From the NCBI GenBank assembly GCA_964187785.1, contig OZ076409.1:96784001-96848000 (forward strand): 64,000 nucleotides of DNA. Direction: 5' to 3'. The number at the start of each line of letters is the position of its first letter. Positions within the stretch are counted from its first letter, which is position 1. Positions 1 to 11,200 of the stretch are shown here, in pieces. The notes beneath the pieces are model-generated. The model did no database searches and was not told the DNA's origin. It saw nothing but the letters and a program-made list of their open reading frames with translations. Made by a program: the position numbers and the translations under genes. This DNA is from Amphiscolops sp. MND2022. Its lineage: Eukaryota.

Positions 1-2558
1 TCCACTCAAGTGATACGAAGAATGAACGAATATCAATCTCACCCTCCACTTCCTTATCGCAAGATTCTGTAAGCAACTCTCACTTCCCTGGAACAAAGTC
101 CCTAATATCAACTACGAAGTTGCTACCGAATTTGCGGAAAGACTCCTTTGAGCCACATTCTGCTAAACGTGGGCTACAGGATTTTATTCAGGTGGACCCG
201 CCAGTCTTTATCAATTGGTTGCCTGGTGGTTCAGCTAAAACTCGACCAACTGGTCATAGACGTGGTCGACCACCCCGCACAGACTGTGAGCACTCATGGA
301 AAAAAGTTCTGTTGTCCCTTTACGATGGACGTCGCCGTGGCTGTCCACCACGCCAAGTTCTACCATGGTCGCTTCGACCGAAGGGCCGTCCTCCGAACAA
401 CTATTTCCGTCTTGAGACAGACCCAGTCTCCAAGATTTTCTTTATCGGATTTCCTGATGCTTCATGCTTGTTGCATGTCCTGCTGCTATTGGATGGTGAT
501 GTCTATCCAGTCCAAACCACACTCCACTTCTTTTCAAAGGGGGAGGAGGTGTCGTCAACGCTTAATCTTTCCTGCTGCATTTTTATGTCAGGCATTCAAT
601 TTTGTCCATTCCTCACTATCCTCATGTGAAAGATGGTGCTCAACGACTAAGGCCCGGGGAGTCAACTAAGGCCCGGGGAGCCTCAGTTGAAGACAAACAC
701 CCCTACACTCATCAACTCAATTGGATAATGCCCGGAGGATATCACTACGTTTGGTAATGGATACCTTGCAGCGTGATGTTCTTGTCGGAGCAGTTTTTTC
801 TGCAACTTTGTTTCGTAATTTTAGTAGTCATGTAAACGTACGTCGCGACATTTTTGTTTTAGTTTTGATTGAGATTCAAATACTTCTGTTAATTCAATAA
901 ATAACCCAAAAACTCTACATGTATTGCTACGCCCGAATGGTGCTATTTTTTTTTTCAAGATTTCCAGAAGTTTCCTCCAGATTCCAACGTGATATCCGAA
1001 AAAATGAGGAGCGCGCGCGCTCCTGATCTGCAAATAGCAAGATTTGATCTACCTTTGTCTGCTTTACTCCAGCGCTTACTCTTACGAGCAGTTCGTAGTT
1101 TGCTTCTGATGCGCTCCTTGACAGATGCTACTGAACTCTATACAGGTATGGAGCTGCACATCAGCGCGTGTTGCCCAAACCAAGCCGAACCGTAAAAAAA
1201 AGTATCAAAGAAACAGCTTGTCTTCCTTTTAAACAGTGGTTTTACTGCTGAAAAGAACTTTTAGCGAAAAGAACTTTTAACCGTGCTGCAAACTGAAATT
1301 TTATTGCCGTGGAAAAGATGTTTTTGCTGGAAACTACGTGCGCTTTGCAGCGTGAGCGTTCCGTAAAAGAATTTTTAGACGTCCAAAAACCAAAGTGCTA
1401 GCAGTATCTTATTCAGACTTTTCCAGAAAACTCGTGCTGAAAAAGTGGTGCTTTTTTGATTGATGTATGGAATCTTGGATTTGATCAATTTCGAGGTGCA
1501 TTTTTGAGTACTGGTTTTCTAGCTCTCGAGCTAGCTCTGTTTCAACAGTTTCTGGACGATGCAGGTTCTCTGGTTGGCAAGAAGCAAGACCTCACGGTTG
1601 CCCAATCAGCAAAAGATGACAGTGCCACTGGACCGTTGCACCATCACCAGTTTGAGACCCCCGTGTATTGCACTCATGATGTGGCGATGTATTCAATGCC
1701 AGCCTCTCCGCATGACAGGGACGTCATGCATAAAGCCCGGGGAATGATGTAACGGCAAGCTCTGGTACAGCAATATCAACCGATTTTGCAACTTTGACAT
1801 GTTCAGAAATTTTGTCAAAAATTCTAATCCGATGTGTGACGTGGCACTGAGCATGTGATTGCTCTTTTCGCTGTTTCTACGAAATTGGCAGGTACTTCGA
1901 CAACAAAGAGCAAGAACGAGCAAAAATACGGGCGCGCCGCCATGACAGAAGCCAGAGACGGCAAGAACATCCAAAAATAGACTCTTTTTGAGGTGCTAAC
2001 ACCGGTTTTATCGATTTTCAGCATTATGCTACCTTATGTAGCGGAAACCGTGAAAATGAGTCTTTTCGCCTAAAGATCCTTGTTTGGTGCTTGGAGCCCC
2101 TGCGCCCCAGCTTTTTAGCTGTGTGGTTTGCCATATTCGTGCCTGTTTTCATGTATTTTCAGTGATTTTGGCTGTATTCAGTAGCGCTAGCGCTAGTTTA
2201 GATCTTATTCCCCAATTTTAGATCTTATTCACATGTCACTCTGGAACTGGAAATTTACCTTATTCTTGGCATTGTTTTTATATGCTAGTTAAGCGGTGGT
2301 CTTTAGAGAGTCAGAAAGATGCCCGTTACTATTAGCAATCAAAGACTAGGACCGGTTGGACAGTATTCGTCGAAGCACCCGCGGCCCGGGACGTATTTCA
2401 CCCCTGGAGGCAAAATGGATCTGTGGCGTTGGGCGCCTGTCCCGAGCGATTCACCCATTCCTGCAGGTTCCTCCACCTCTGTTAACGTGTTAAGCGACCG
2501 ATAACAGCTTGCCGTTACACAACGTCCCTTGCCTGACGTTACAAATCGTCTTTTCTGG

Positions 2559-3125
2559 TTTTTAGCCGGCGCTTCATGAAGAGAAACGCGACTATTATAG
2601 TGGCTTTTCTTTTTTTTCAATCCACACGAACTGACCAAAATAGGACATAAAAGTTCTACAAATTATTATAGCACCAAATTGCACCATTTGGCCTAGCAAA
2701 CTGATCCAAAAAGGTTTTCCTGTTTTTCCGCGTAACATACCATACCGGGCGAGACCGAAGGGTCCCCCTTTTAAATTTTTTTCGGCACTGCGAGACTTTT
2801 TTCGGAAAAAAAATTTTCCCCAAAGGGTCCCCCTTCAATTTTTTGATGTTTTGCGACAGAATGGATGTTGAAAAACTCCAAAGGGCCCCCCTTTCAGTTT
2901 TTCGGCATTGTGAGACTTTTCGAAAATTTGCTTTTTCTCCAAAGGGTCCCCCCTTCAACTGCGACAAAAATGTTGACAATTTCGGAAGAGTCCTTTTTTT
3001 AGCGCGCCACTCGGTCCATTTTTTTGCTTTTTCGATTTTCGAATACTGTAAATTGACACTTGGAAGTCCTTTTGCTATTTTTGAGCCTTGGATATGGCGC
3101 CGACTTGGGCCGGTCCTGACTTGTT
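2559..3125 (+). mobile_element. HINE/Helentron-like non-autonomous element
   Basis: Sub-terminal inverted repeats AGYCGGCGC / GCGCCGACT, 3' short hairpin then CTTGTT, T-rich flanks, internal AAAGGGTCCCCC repeats. Confidence 0.7.
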
Positions 3126-4762
3126 GTTTTACTACAGACAATAATCCCAATCAAAATGTACCATAAGCTAACAAATGTTTGTCGGATGATTGCTTTGTTA
3201 ACCAGCAAAAACTGAATCTAATAACAAAACAGAGCGGACGGGATCAGTTCGGAAGGAAGTGTTGAAAACTAAAACTTTCTCGTCAGTATCATAATCAGCT
3301 ATGTATAACTGATTAGATTTCAATGAATTTATAAGTAGATGTTAGTAAGCTTGAACGAGCTAAAGTAAAACCATAAGGTAATATTACCGCATTCAAATTT
3401 GACGCTTTGAGAGGGGTAAGGTATTCCAAGTAATAGTCACCCAAAAACGTCAAGAATTTTAAGAAGCTTTTAAAATGTTTGTCAGGATTCGTTACACATT
3501 ATGATAAGTGTTTTTTTGATGATTGTAAGTTCTGTACAACAATTTTTTTAGGTTGCAGATTCGAAAATGATCCCTCCGATTTTCTTCCCATGGTGAGTCA
3601 AATGGTAATTCTTCGAAAATATTTCTAATTTTACACTCCGTAGGAGGTAGTTTAAAGAGTACAAAAAGCACTGCTCATCTGCTGATCGTTTTACCATTTG
3701 TTGAATTTCTATAGTATCAGAAACGTTCATGAGTATTCAAACGTGCATCCAATGAAAACAGTTTATCGGTGGGTGTAAAACAGCTTTTATAAAGGTCAAT
3801 ATTTGCATTTTATCTTCGTCGTTCAGAAACGCTTGCAACTGCATATGCTTTTTGGATACATCCCAGAAGTTCAAGTGAAAATGTTGGCAGGTACTAACAC
3901 AATTTCTTTGACTAATATCTTTGCTTTCTCAGCTACTCTAAGCACCTTCGAAAAAACATCTCTTTAAAAGCATCGAAATTTAGTCTGCTATCAATCCAGC
4001 AAGAAATATTCAAATTAGCATTCTGGAGACAATCAGAGACGCTAAATGCTAGATAGGTGATGTTAAGTAAAAAAATGCAATTATATGTCTGAGTAGAATT
4101 ATCCTAAAAAAACAAGGTCACAATTTTTCAACATTTCTAAAAATATTGTTCAAATAGGATTAGTGTAAATCTTTATTATAATTCTTGGAAAAACAGTTCT
4201 TGAAAATTCCGGAGCGAAATAAAAATTCAACTAAATTAGCATAGCAAGCAGGCTTAGCATGCTGAAAGCGACAGGTTTTGCTCATTTTTAATGCTATTGC
4301 TTTTATTGACGCTTCACAATTGGCATGGTTTTGTTCTGTACTAAATTTTAGCTTTAAAAACGACGAATTTCCCATGACGTCAACAATTTCAACAATTTCC
4401 TATTCGCATTTGCCAGCAATCGCCACTGAAACCTCTTCTAATTGGACGTACAAACTTAAAACATTTCTATAATGGTTTAAAGAGAGCGTTATAACCAATA
4501 TGCAAAACTCAATATCAAATTGTGCATTGAAATTAACACCTTTCATTTTCATGGGCTCTGTTATAATCAACCAACCACCGTTTCTTTATGAATTTTTGAG
4601 TTTTAAACAAAAAAGATGCATCATTACTGGCGGCAAAATTGCGCATTTTCAAGTAAAGTAATTCCCAGCGTCCGCAATGAAATTGTAATAAAGTAAAGGG
4701 AAAAAGTAATGTATTCACAATCGTTTACAAAAAAATCATAACCTTGAGTTTTGTGGGATTCA

Positions 4763-5090
4763 TTTTTATTCGGCGCATTTTAACACAATGAGCCCGACTA
4801 TTACAGTGGCAAGTTTTTCCTTTTTTCGTCAGATAACAGAATGTATGCGTATTGGACACTTTTTACAGAACTACTAAACTACTGGACCGGCAACCGGAAA
4901 CGCATCTAAGTTAGTGCAAAGGGTCCTCTTTTTTTAAAATTTTTCATGTCTCCAAAAGGTCCCCCTTTCAATTTTTTAATATTTTGCAACAAACTGGATT
5001 TTCAAAAAGTCGAAAGGGTCCCTCTTTTACAATTTTAAAAAATTTGGGTTTTTTGAGCCTTAGATATAGCGCCGACTTTAGACATTCCCG
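4763..5090 (+). mobile_element. HINE-like element split by the Gypsy insertion (its end resumes at 20868-20874)
   Basis: gagccttagatatagcgccgactttagacattcccg | tcttgtt reconstitutes the family 3' end seen at 44370-44410. Confidence 0.8.
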
Positions 5091-7203
5091 TGTCACGACC
5101 CGCTCCCGGTCGGGACTTTTCTTGCTGCGGGGGAATCCCGAAATTCGACAGAGGACGAGGTCACGGGAGAACCACATATAGCTAAGTAAACTTTAACTCT
5201 AACCTTTGCTTAAGCTGTGGCACAAACCGATATTAAAACAAAAGGAATTTTAATCTAACGGAAGCGTTACGTAAAGTATCTAAAAATGATTTTTAGACAA
5301 ACGGGACTTCCGGTATAAAGTTTTCATGCACGACCGTTTTATTACTTCCGGTTTCTCCGCTGAAAATTCCATACGAATCTAAACAACAAAACGAAAACAT
5401 TCTTAACTCTGGCATCATTTTCTCTTTCCCACACTAAAACGAAAACATTGAAAATATTATCTAACTCCGCGATCCCAACGGAGCTCATACAATCTAAAAT
5501 GAAAAGAACACAAAAATAGTACAATGGAATTGTTTCCAAAAGGTGAAGTAATTGTGAAAACCCACTCAAATTACTGCCAAGTGATTTGAGTAGGCTTTTA
5601 CAACGGTATGGCAGCGTCGTTCAAATAAGCAAAATACTGGTATTTCTAAATTTACGGACCAATAGCCTCACAGCGGAACCAGCATATTTGCGCCTGAGCT
5701 AGTAAAGAATCACTCTAGTGACGTCATTAAGAATGAATTTAAAGATGGCGAATTACTCCGTCTTAGCGCCGCTGGTAGGCGAGAAAGCTATACCTAATCT
5801 TAATACGTACGGAGCGCTTACGGAGCAAATTGTAAAGTGAGAAAGCTATACCTAATCTTAATACGTACGGAGCGCTTACGGAGCAAATTGTAAATCAATA
5901 AAACTATACCTTATGTTATTACATGTAAAAAGGCAATGAAAAATCTAGAAAGAAGAAACTATTCTAATACACCGAAATGTTCCTTATGCCATGTAGAATT
6001 GTATCAGAGTGTTCAAAAGGTCGTGATGCTTAAAAATTAATCCTCCAAACTCCATACTTCGTGACTGATCGGAATGTTTGTGCTATAGGTTAAGACTGGG
6101 AAAAATCCAAGTTTAAACAATGCGTAATTAAAGAGGTGCTTTCTTTTCTTATAGGAAAGTGTTCGAATATGTTTGCTGTTTTGATACATTATGATTATTA
6201 CACTGGTCGATGTCATTGCTACATGTAAGATTGATTGAAAACGATATAATATCGTGATGTTTTAATTCATGATTTATGTTATTCATTTTCCAGCATCATT
6301 TGTTCCTTTCCAAACATCTTAGTACGTTAATCCAAAATTCCTCCGAGTTGTTCCCGTAAACATTTTTGCTTGTCATTCTTTTACCGCGAACTGAGAATTT
6401 TGTCACTCGAGAATTGAATCATTGTTCACGCCTGCGTGCTTTCCACGATGAAAATGCAACTAGACGTTTATTTTGCCGCCTTTTCGCGACCAAACCGGAA
6501 ATGATGTAAATGAACAAAAATGATTTCAACAAGTACTCCGTAAGGGAGCCGGAACTAGGAATTTTAAATGAACAATTAATCTAAGGACTGAAATAATAAG
6601 GATGATTAAGCACTTTTGATGAACAAAACTGATTTTAAGGATTCCTAGGAATTTTTAGGTGAGGAACAAATGATGCTGTGAAAGTATATATACCTAAGGA
6701 TTTGTAAATCTGGTTAATCTGTTTCCTAATCTACTCCGTTAATACTTCGTTTTGAAAACCATATTTTCTTTGAAGAATTCAAGTTTTTCAAAGAACAATC
6801 ACTCTCTCGCTCTGCCTAAAAATGACTACTAGAAGTCAGAAGAGAAAAGCTGTTGAAGAACTAGTTTCTACCGAAATGGAGACCCCAATACCTGAGACTA
6901 ACCAAAACCTAAATCCCGTAGCGGGAACGAGTAAATCTCCTAGAGTACTCGCTGAAAATCTAGAGGAAATCAAGTCTTCACTGAGGAAAGAGATCATGTC
7001 TGATCTTACTAAAATCTTAGCTGAAAATCAAAAGGAGAAGCTAAAACTAATAGCTCCTCCTGTTAAAAAACAGACCGTCATAACTGCTACTGAAGAAACA
7101 GATTCTGAATCCGAAAATATCCCGGAAAATGCAACTTCAACACCAATCAAAAATAAAACCACTGCGACTAATCGTAAAATTACTCCGGTGAATAGTCGTA
7201 ACA
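5091..7203 (+). repeat. 5' LTR (2113 bp)
   Basis: TG...CA ends with an 8/9 inverted terminal match; matches 18747-20862 with about 16 substitutions and one 3-bp indel counted by eye. Confidence 0.97.
5781..5894 (+). repeat. 58-bp-period tandem duplication inside the LTR (also in the 3' LTR), followed by AATAAA at 5897-5902
   Basis: gagaaagctatacctaatcttaatacgtacggagcgcttacggagcaaattgtaaa occurs at 5781 and 5839. Confidence 0.9.
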
Positions 7204-8234
7204 TGGTGACAGGAGTCCTCAATGACTCAACGAACCTCGGAAAGAAGAAAACACGACCACATCGCCCACAAAGTTTGCCACCCAACGAACGCCCTTCGAC
7301 ATCACGACTACTTTTCGCTCCCCAACCGGAAATACATCAGCCGCCCCACCTACCCTCAATGCCCAAAGCACTCACTGCATCATTGCCTGTATTCGATGGT
7401 AAGTCAGAAAAATTCGAACTTTTCGAGGACTTAGTCCGGAACAACATAAAAATGTACCCACATCTAACAGAAATCCAAAAAATCAACTACTTCCACTCGC
7501 TACTACGAGGCAATGCACTACAAGCATATTGCAACTTAGACGATGCCAAAAAAGATAACTTAGAGGAGGTAATTACGGCGTTTAAACGGCGCTTCGGAGA
7601 TTTTCAATCTTCTGCCAAGGCGAGATGTGAATGGGACTCGCTACATTTTGACCCAACCAAGCAAAAATTACATGAATTTTTGGATACACTGCAAAAAACG
7701 GCTAAGGAAGCGTTCGGCTCAGAAGCACAAAAATTTATAGATAAGGCCATATACGCCAAAATGCCGGACCACGTCAAAAAGATTCTTAACCGAGCCTACC
7801 TCGAGGACAAACCCTATAACGATATTGTCCTACATCTCGAAGGAGAGATGCGCCTTAATGGCCTGGGAACCCCAGACGAAACCACTCTAGTACCACTAAA
7901 TACGGTCGACGTCGTCCCACCGGAACCAAAAAAGGAACTCACCCATCGAGGAAGTTGCTTCCACTGTGGCAAACAAGGGCATTATAAAGCACAATGCCGC
8001 AAATTACGAAAAGATCGTTACTACGAAACTAAAGCACAGAACGGCGTTCCCAACACCAATGAACTACCTAAACCAAAGTGTGATACTTGTGGCAAACTCC
8101 ACAAAACTGAGAACTGCTGGTACGGAGCTAATGCGGCGAACGACCCCAGGAAGAAACGACACGAATTCACAATCCCCACCAGCCAAATCAGCGAACAACC
8201 AATCCCCACTGTTGAAATCCAGTCAAAAAACTAA
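6822..8234 (+). CDS. gag: Gag polyprotein (470 aa) with two zinc knuckles
   Basis: Capsid-like LPVFDGKSEKFELF region; CFHCGKQGHYKAQC (CX2CX4HX4C) and CDTCGKLHKTENC; ATG lies inside the 5' LTR. Confidence 0.93.
   Translation: MTTRSQKRKAVEELVSTEMETPIPETNQNLNPVAGTSKSPRVLAENLEEIKSSLRKEIMSDLTKILAENQKEKLKLIAPPVKKQTVITATEETDSESENIPENATSTPIKNKTTATNRKITPVNSRNMVTGVLNDSTNLGKKKTRPHRPQSLPPNERPSTSRLLFAPQPEIHQPPHLPSMPKALTASLPVFDGKSEKFELFEDLVRNNIKMYPHLTEIQKINYFHSLLRGNALQAYCNLDDAKKDNLEEVITAFKRRFGDFQSSAKARCEWDSLHFDPTKQKLHEFLDTLQKTAKEAFGSEAQKFIDKAIYAKMPDHVKKILNRAYLEDKPYNDIVLHLEGEMRLNGLGTPDETTLVPLNTVDVVPPEPKKELTHRGSCFHCGKQGHYKAQCRKLRKDRYYETKAQNGVPNTNELPKPKCDTCGKLHKTENCWYGANAANDPRKKRHEFTIPTSQISEQPIPTVEIQSKN
7204..7220 (+). 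promoter_or_regulatory. Primer binding site (tRNA-Leu-like, tentative)
   Basis: TGGTGACAGGAGT directly after the LTR's terminal CA; TGG is complementary to tRNA CCA; one mismatch from the Leu-type TGGTGTCAGGAGT. Confidence 0.75.
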
Positions 8235-8280
8235 AAACGCCGCGCCTCCGCTTCGGGGAAACGGTAGACGCAAGAGCGTA
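8225..8280 (+). promoter_or_regulatory. -1 programmed ribosomal frameshift signal (gag-pol)
   Basis: A AAA AAC heptamer in the gag frame immediately before the gag TAA; the -1 frame is open from 8231 into ORF 8321; GC-rich hairpin gccg-cgc-ctccg-ctt-cgggg-aaa-cggt about 6 nt downstream. Confidence 0.85.
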
Positions 8281-11200
8281 CACAATAGAAGACCCCCCAA
8301 ATCGCTACGAAGAAGACTTCATGACCGAATGCAACGAAGAACCGACACAGGATTGGCAACGTCGTTGGAACGTAGGCATGATACTTAGACACAATGCACG
8401 ACACCCAGAAGACCCAACACCACTACCCCAATGGATAACAGAATCACCCGATAACTACGCGACACTAAAAAGACCCTTACCAGAATCAAAGACCGAACGC
8501 ATTTACATATATGATAGAGACTATAGATGTGATCCCTGGGATGAACCAACCATCTATGACACAAACAAACTCTCTTTTAAGATCCAAGTTTCAAATCCTC
8601 AAGCTCAAGTCACCGAGAGTACAACCCTACCAACACCTTTGTCACCAATCCTAAAAAAGACAACACAGTCCTCGCCAACACCCGTCACCACCACGTCCAC
8701 ACCAATAGATGCAGAGAATATTATCTGCATTGAGGATAAAACAATATGGTCACAACAAGCAAAAGAACAACGCGGAGTAGCCGATCAAACAGTATCACCC
8801 CCAACAACAGCATCCGAATTGCCAAATCAGAACAACAATCATGAAGACGACGAAGTAACGGAATGCCCACAACAACTGCCATACGATCTCAACATCATAA
8901 AAGAATTCATACAACATGATAAAGACGACGACTACAATCCGTTAATGTCGGCAATTACCCTCAAAAAGAAGAAAAGAATGCTCTTTATTCCTCTCGACTT
9001 TGAAAAGACTAGAATTGATGCATTAGTCGACTCGGGAGCCTAAATCAACGTCATCAGCGAAAGAGACGCAGACAAGATACAAACTGAAGCCAACGCAACC
9101 ATAATCGCGAAGGCACCTCCACCCCCTTTCAAGATACAATACGCCAACACAGAACTCGAAAAAGCCCGTGCAACATACACAATGCAGTTCAAAATCGGTG
9201 ACTACGCGTTCGAGGAGACTTTCATCATCATGACCAAAACATCTTACCCAATCATTGGCCTGGCATTCCTCCGGAAACATTCCGCAATCCTAGATACTGC
9301 ACAAGGAACAATAGACTTTCCTAAAATACAAATCACTCTAGCCCTAAAAGATGAAAGACAAAAGTGCAACCCCAAACCCATCACTATCAAGACGGAAGAA
9401 AAACACACCATACCAGCCCAAGCCACGCGGATCATCCACGCTTCCATCACCACAAGCAATGACCACTCAATAACTGGGACAGTCCAACCTTTACCACAAT
9501 TCGACGAAAATGCAAAACTCATAGTAGCCCCAGCAATAACAACAGCCCGAGACAAACGAGTCGCGATAAAAATAGGGAACACCACAGACTTCCCCTATAC
9601 AGTAACGCCACATACGAAACTAGCAGAATTACAAATACTGAAACCTGAAGAAACGAAATTGATACGAGCAGTAGATATAGCAGCCCTCAATCTACTCACC
9701 GAACACGACGATGTTGTTGCGTACGTTAATGCACTGATGCAAGTTGATTCGTCAGAACAAACAGAAGAGAAATTCTGGTTCCCAACTCCCGAAAATCCCG
9801 GAGATGAATCGGAACACACACCCATCCAACAACGCATTCTACGAGAACTACGCGAACTACAAAGATTAGAAGAACTGGACCCCAAACAAGACGAAAAATC
9901 CAGAACACAATTCCTCTCGCTATTCAAATGGAATGATTCACTAATAACGGGAGAAGACCGTGAAAACCTAGAGTCCACCCTAGTCGAATTCAATGACATT
10001 TTTGCACGTCACCGACTGGACATCGGAATGAACAACCAGTTCAAGGTATGCCTAACTCCCAAAAACGACAAACCGGTATATACACAGATTCTCCCCGTAC
10101 CCATCAACCTCAAGGACGACCTCACAGTAGAATTGGCACTGATGCACAAATACGGGATCATCACAACCCTCCCATTCTCGAAATATGCCAGCCCCATCTT
10201 CGCGCAACGCAAACCTAACGGCAAACTACGGCTCCTAGTGGACTTACGGAAGATCAACGCCCTCATCTCAGATGACTACATAAACAACAACCACCCCATC
10301 AGCACCCTCTCAGATGCCGCACAACACCTAGCGGGGAAGCAGCTGTTCTGCAAACTAGATTGCTCACAAGCCTATCACTGCCTCCAAATGGCAGATCAAA
10401 GGTCAGTAGAACTTCTTGCATTTAATTTTGCTAGTAGAACGTTTGCCTATCGTAGGCTAGCCCAAGGACTTAGTAGAGCCTTGTCAGCCTTTTCGAGCTT
10501 CATGCGGGAATACCTCGACACCGTCATCAAAGCAGACCAGTGTGCCCAATATGTGGACGACATTGGAATTGCCGCCAACACAACGGAACAACTCATTAAG
10601 AACATCAGAGCAGTCTTCAAATGCATCCGCAAGGCAGGACTAAAACTCACAATTGAAAAATGCCACTTTGGTGTCACCCAAATCGAATTCCTGGGAAGAA
10701 CCATCACACCCCACGGAGTAGCACCGCAAGAACACAAAATCACCAGTTTCTTGTCAAAAATCAGATTTCCCCGGTCAAAGAAACAAGTCCAGAAATACAT
10801 TGGACTCATCAACTACTACAGAAACTACATACCAAGACTGTCCGAAAAAATGATTGGAATGTACGAACTCCTAAAAGCAGATGCAAAAATCACCATATCA
10901 GAAGAATTAGTCGACAACTTCAAAGCCATCAACGCAAGCCTAGCGGAAGCATGTGGGCTAGCCCTCAGACAACCAGTTGCGGGAAAACAATACGTACTAA
11001 TGACGGACGCAAGCTTCCGGGCATCAGGTTATGCCCTAATGATAGAAGAAAACGACGATAAAAAGCTACTCTCCAAACGGAAAACTTTCGCACCGGTCGC
11101 TTTTGGTTCCCGCGTATTCTCGCCGTCACAGCTGAAAATGTTAATATACTGTAAGGAGTTCCTTGCCATCTACCATGCATTCCTAGAGTACAGCCACATC

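Noticed and set aside
120..669. Two overlapping ORFs of about 170 aa and a 21-bp duplication near 645-682
   Set aside because: No recognisable motif in the frames I read; cannot be assigned
1680..1930. Faint SET-like words (NINRFCNF, IALFAV) across different frames
   Set aside because: Too degenerate and frame-broken to support
2656..3208. ORFs in HINE copies (also at 4968, 23110, 24967, 36618, 38161)
   Set aside because: Chance frames in non-coding repeats
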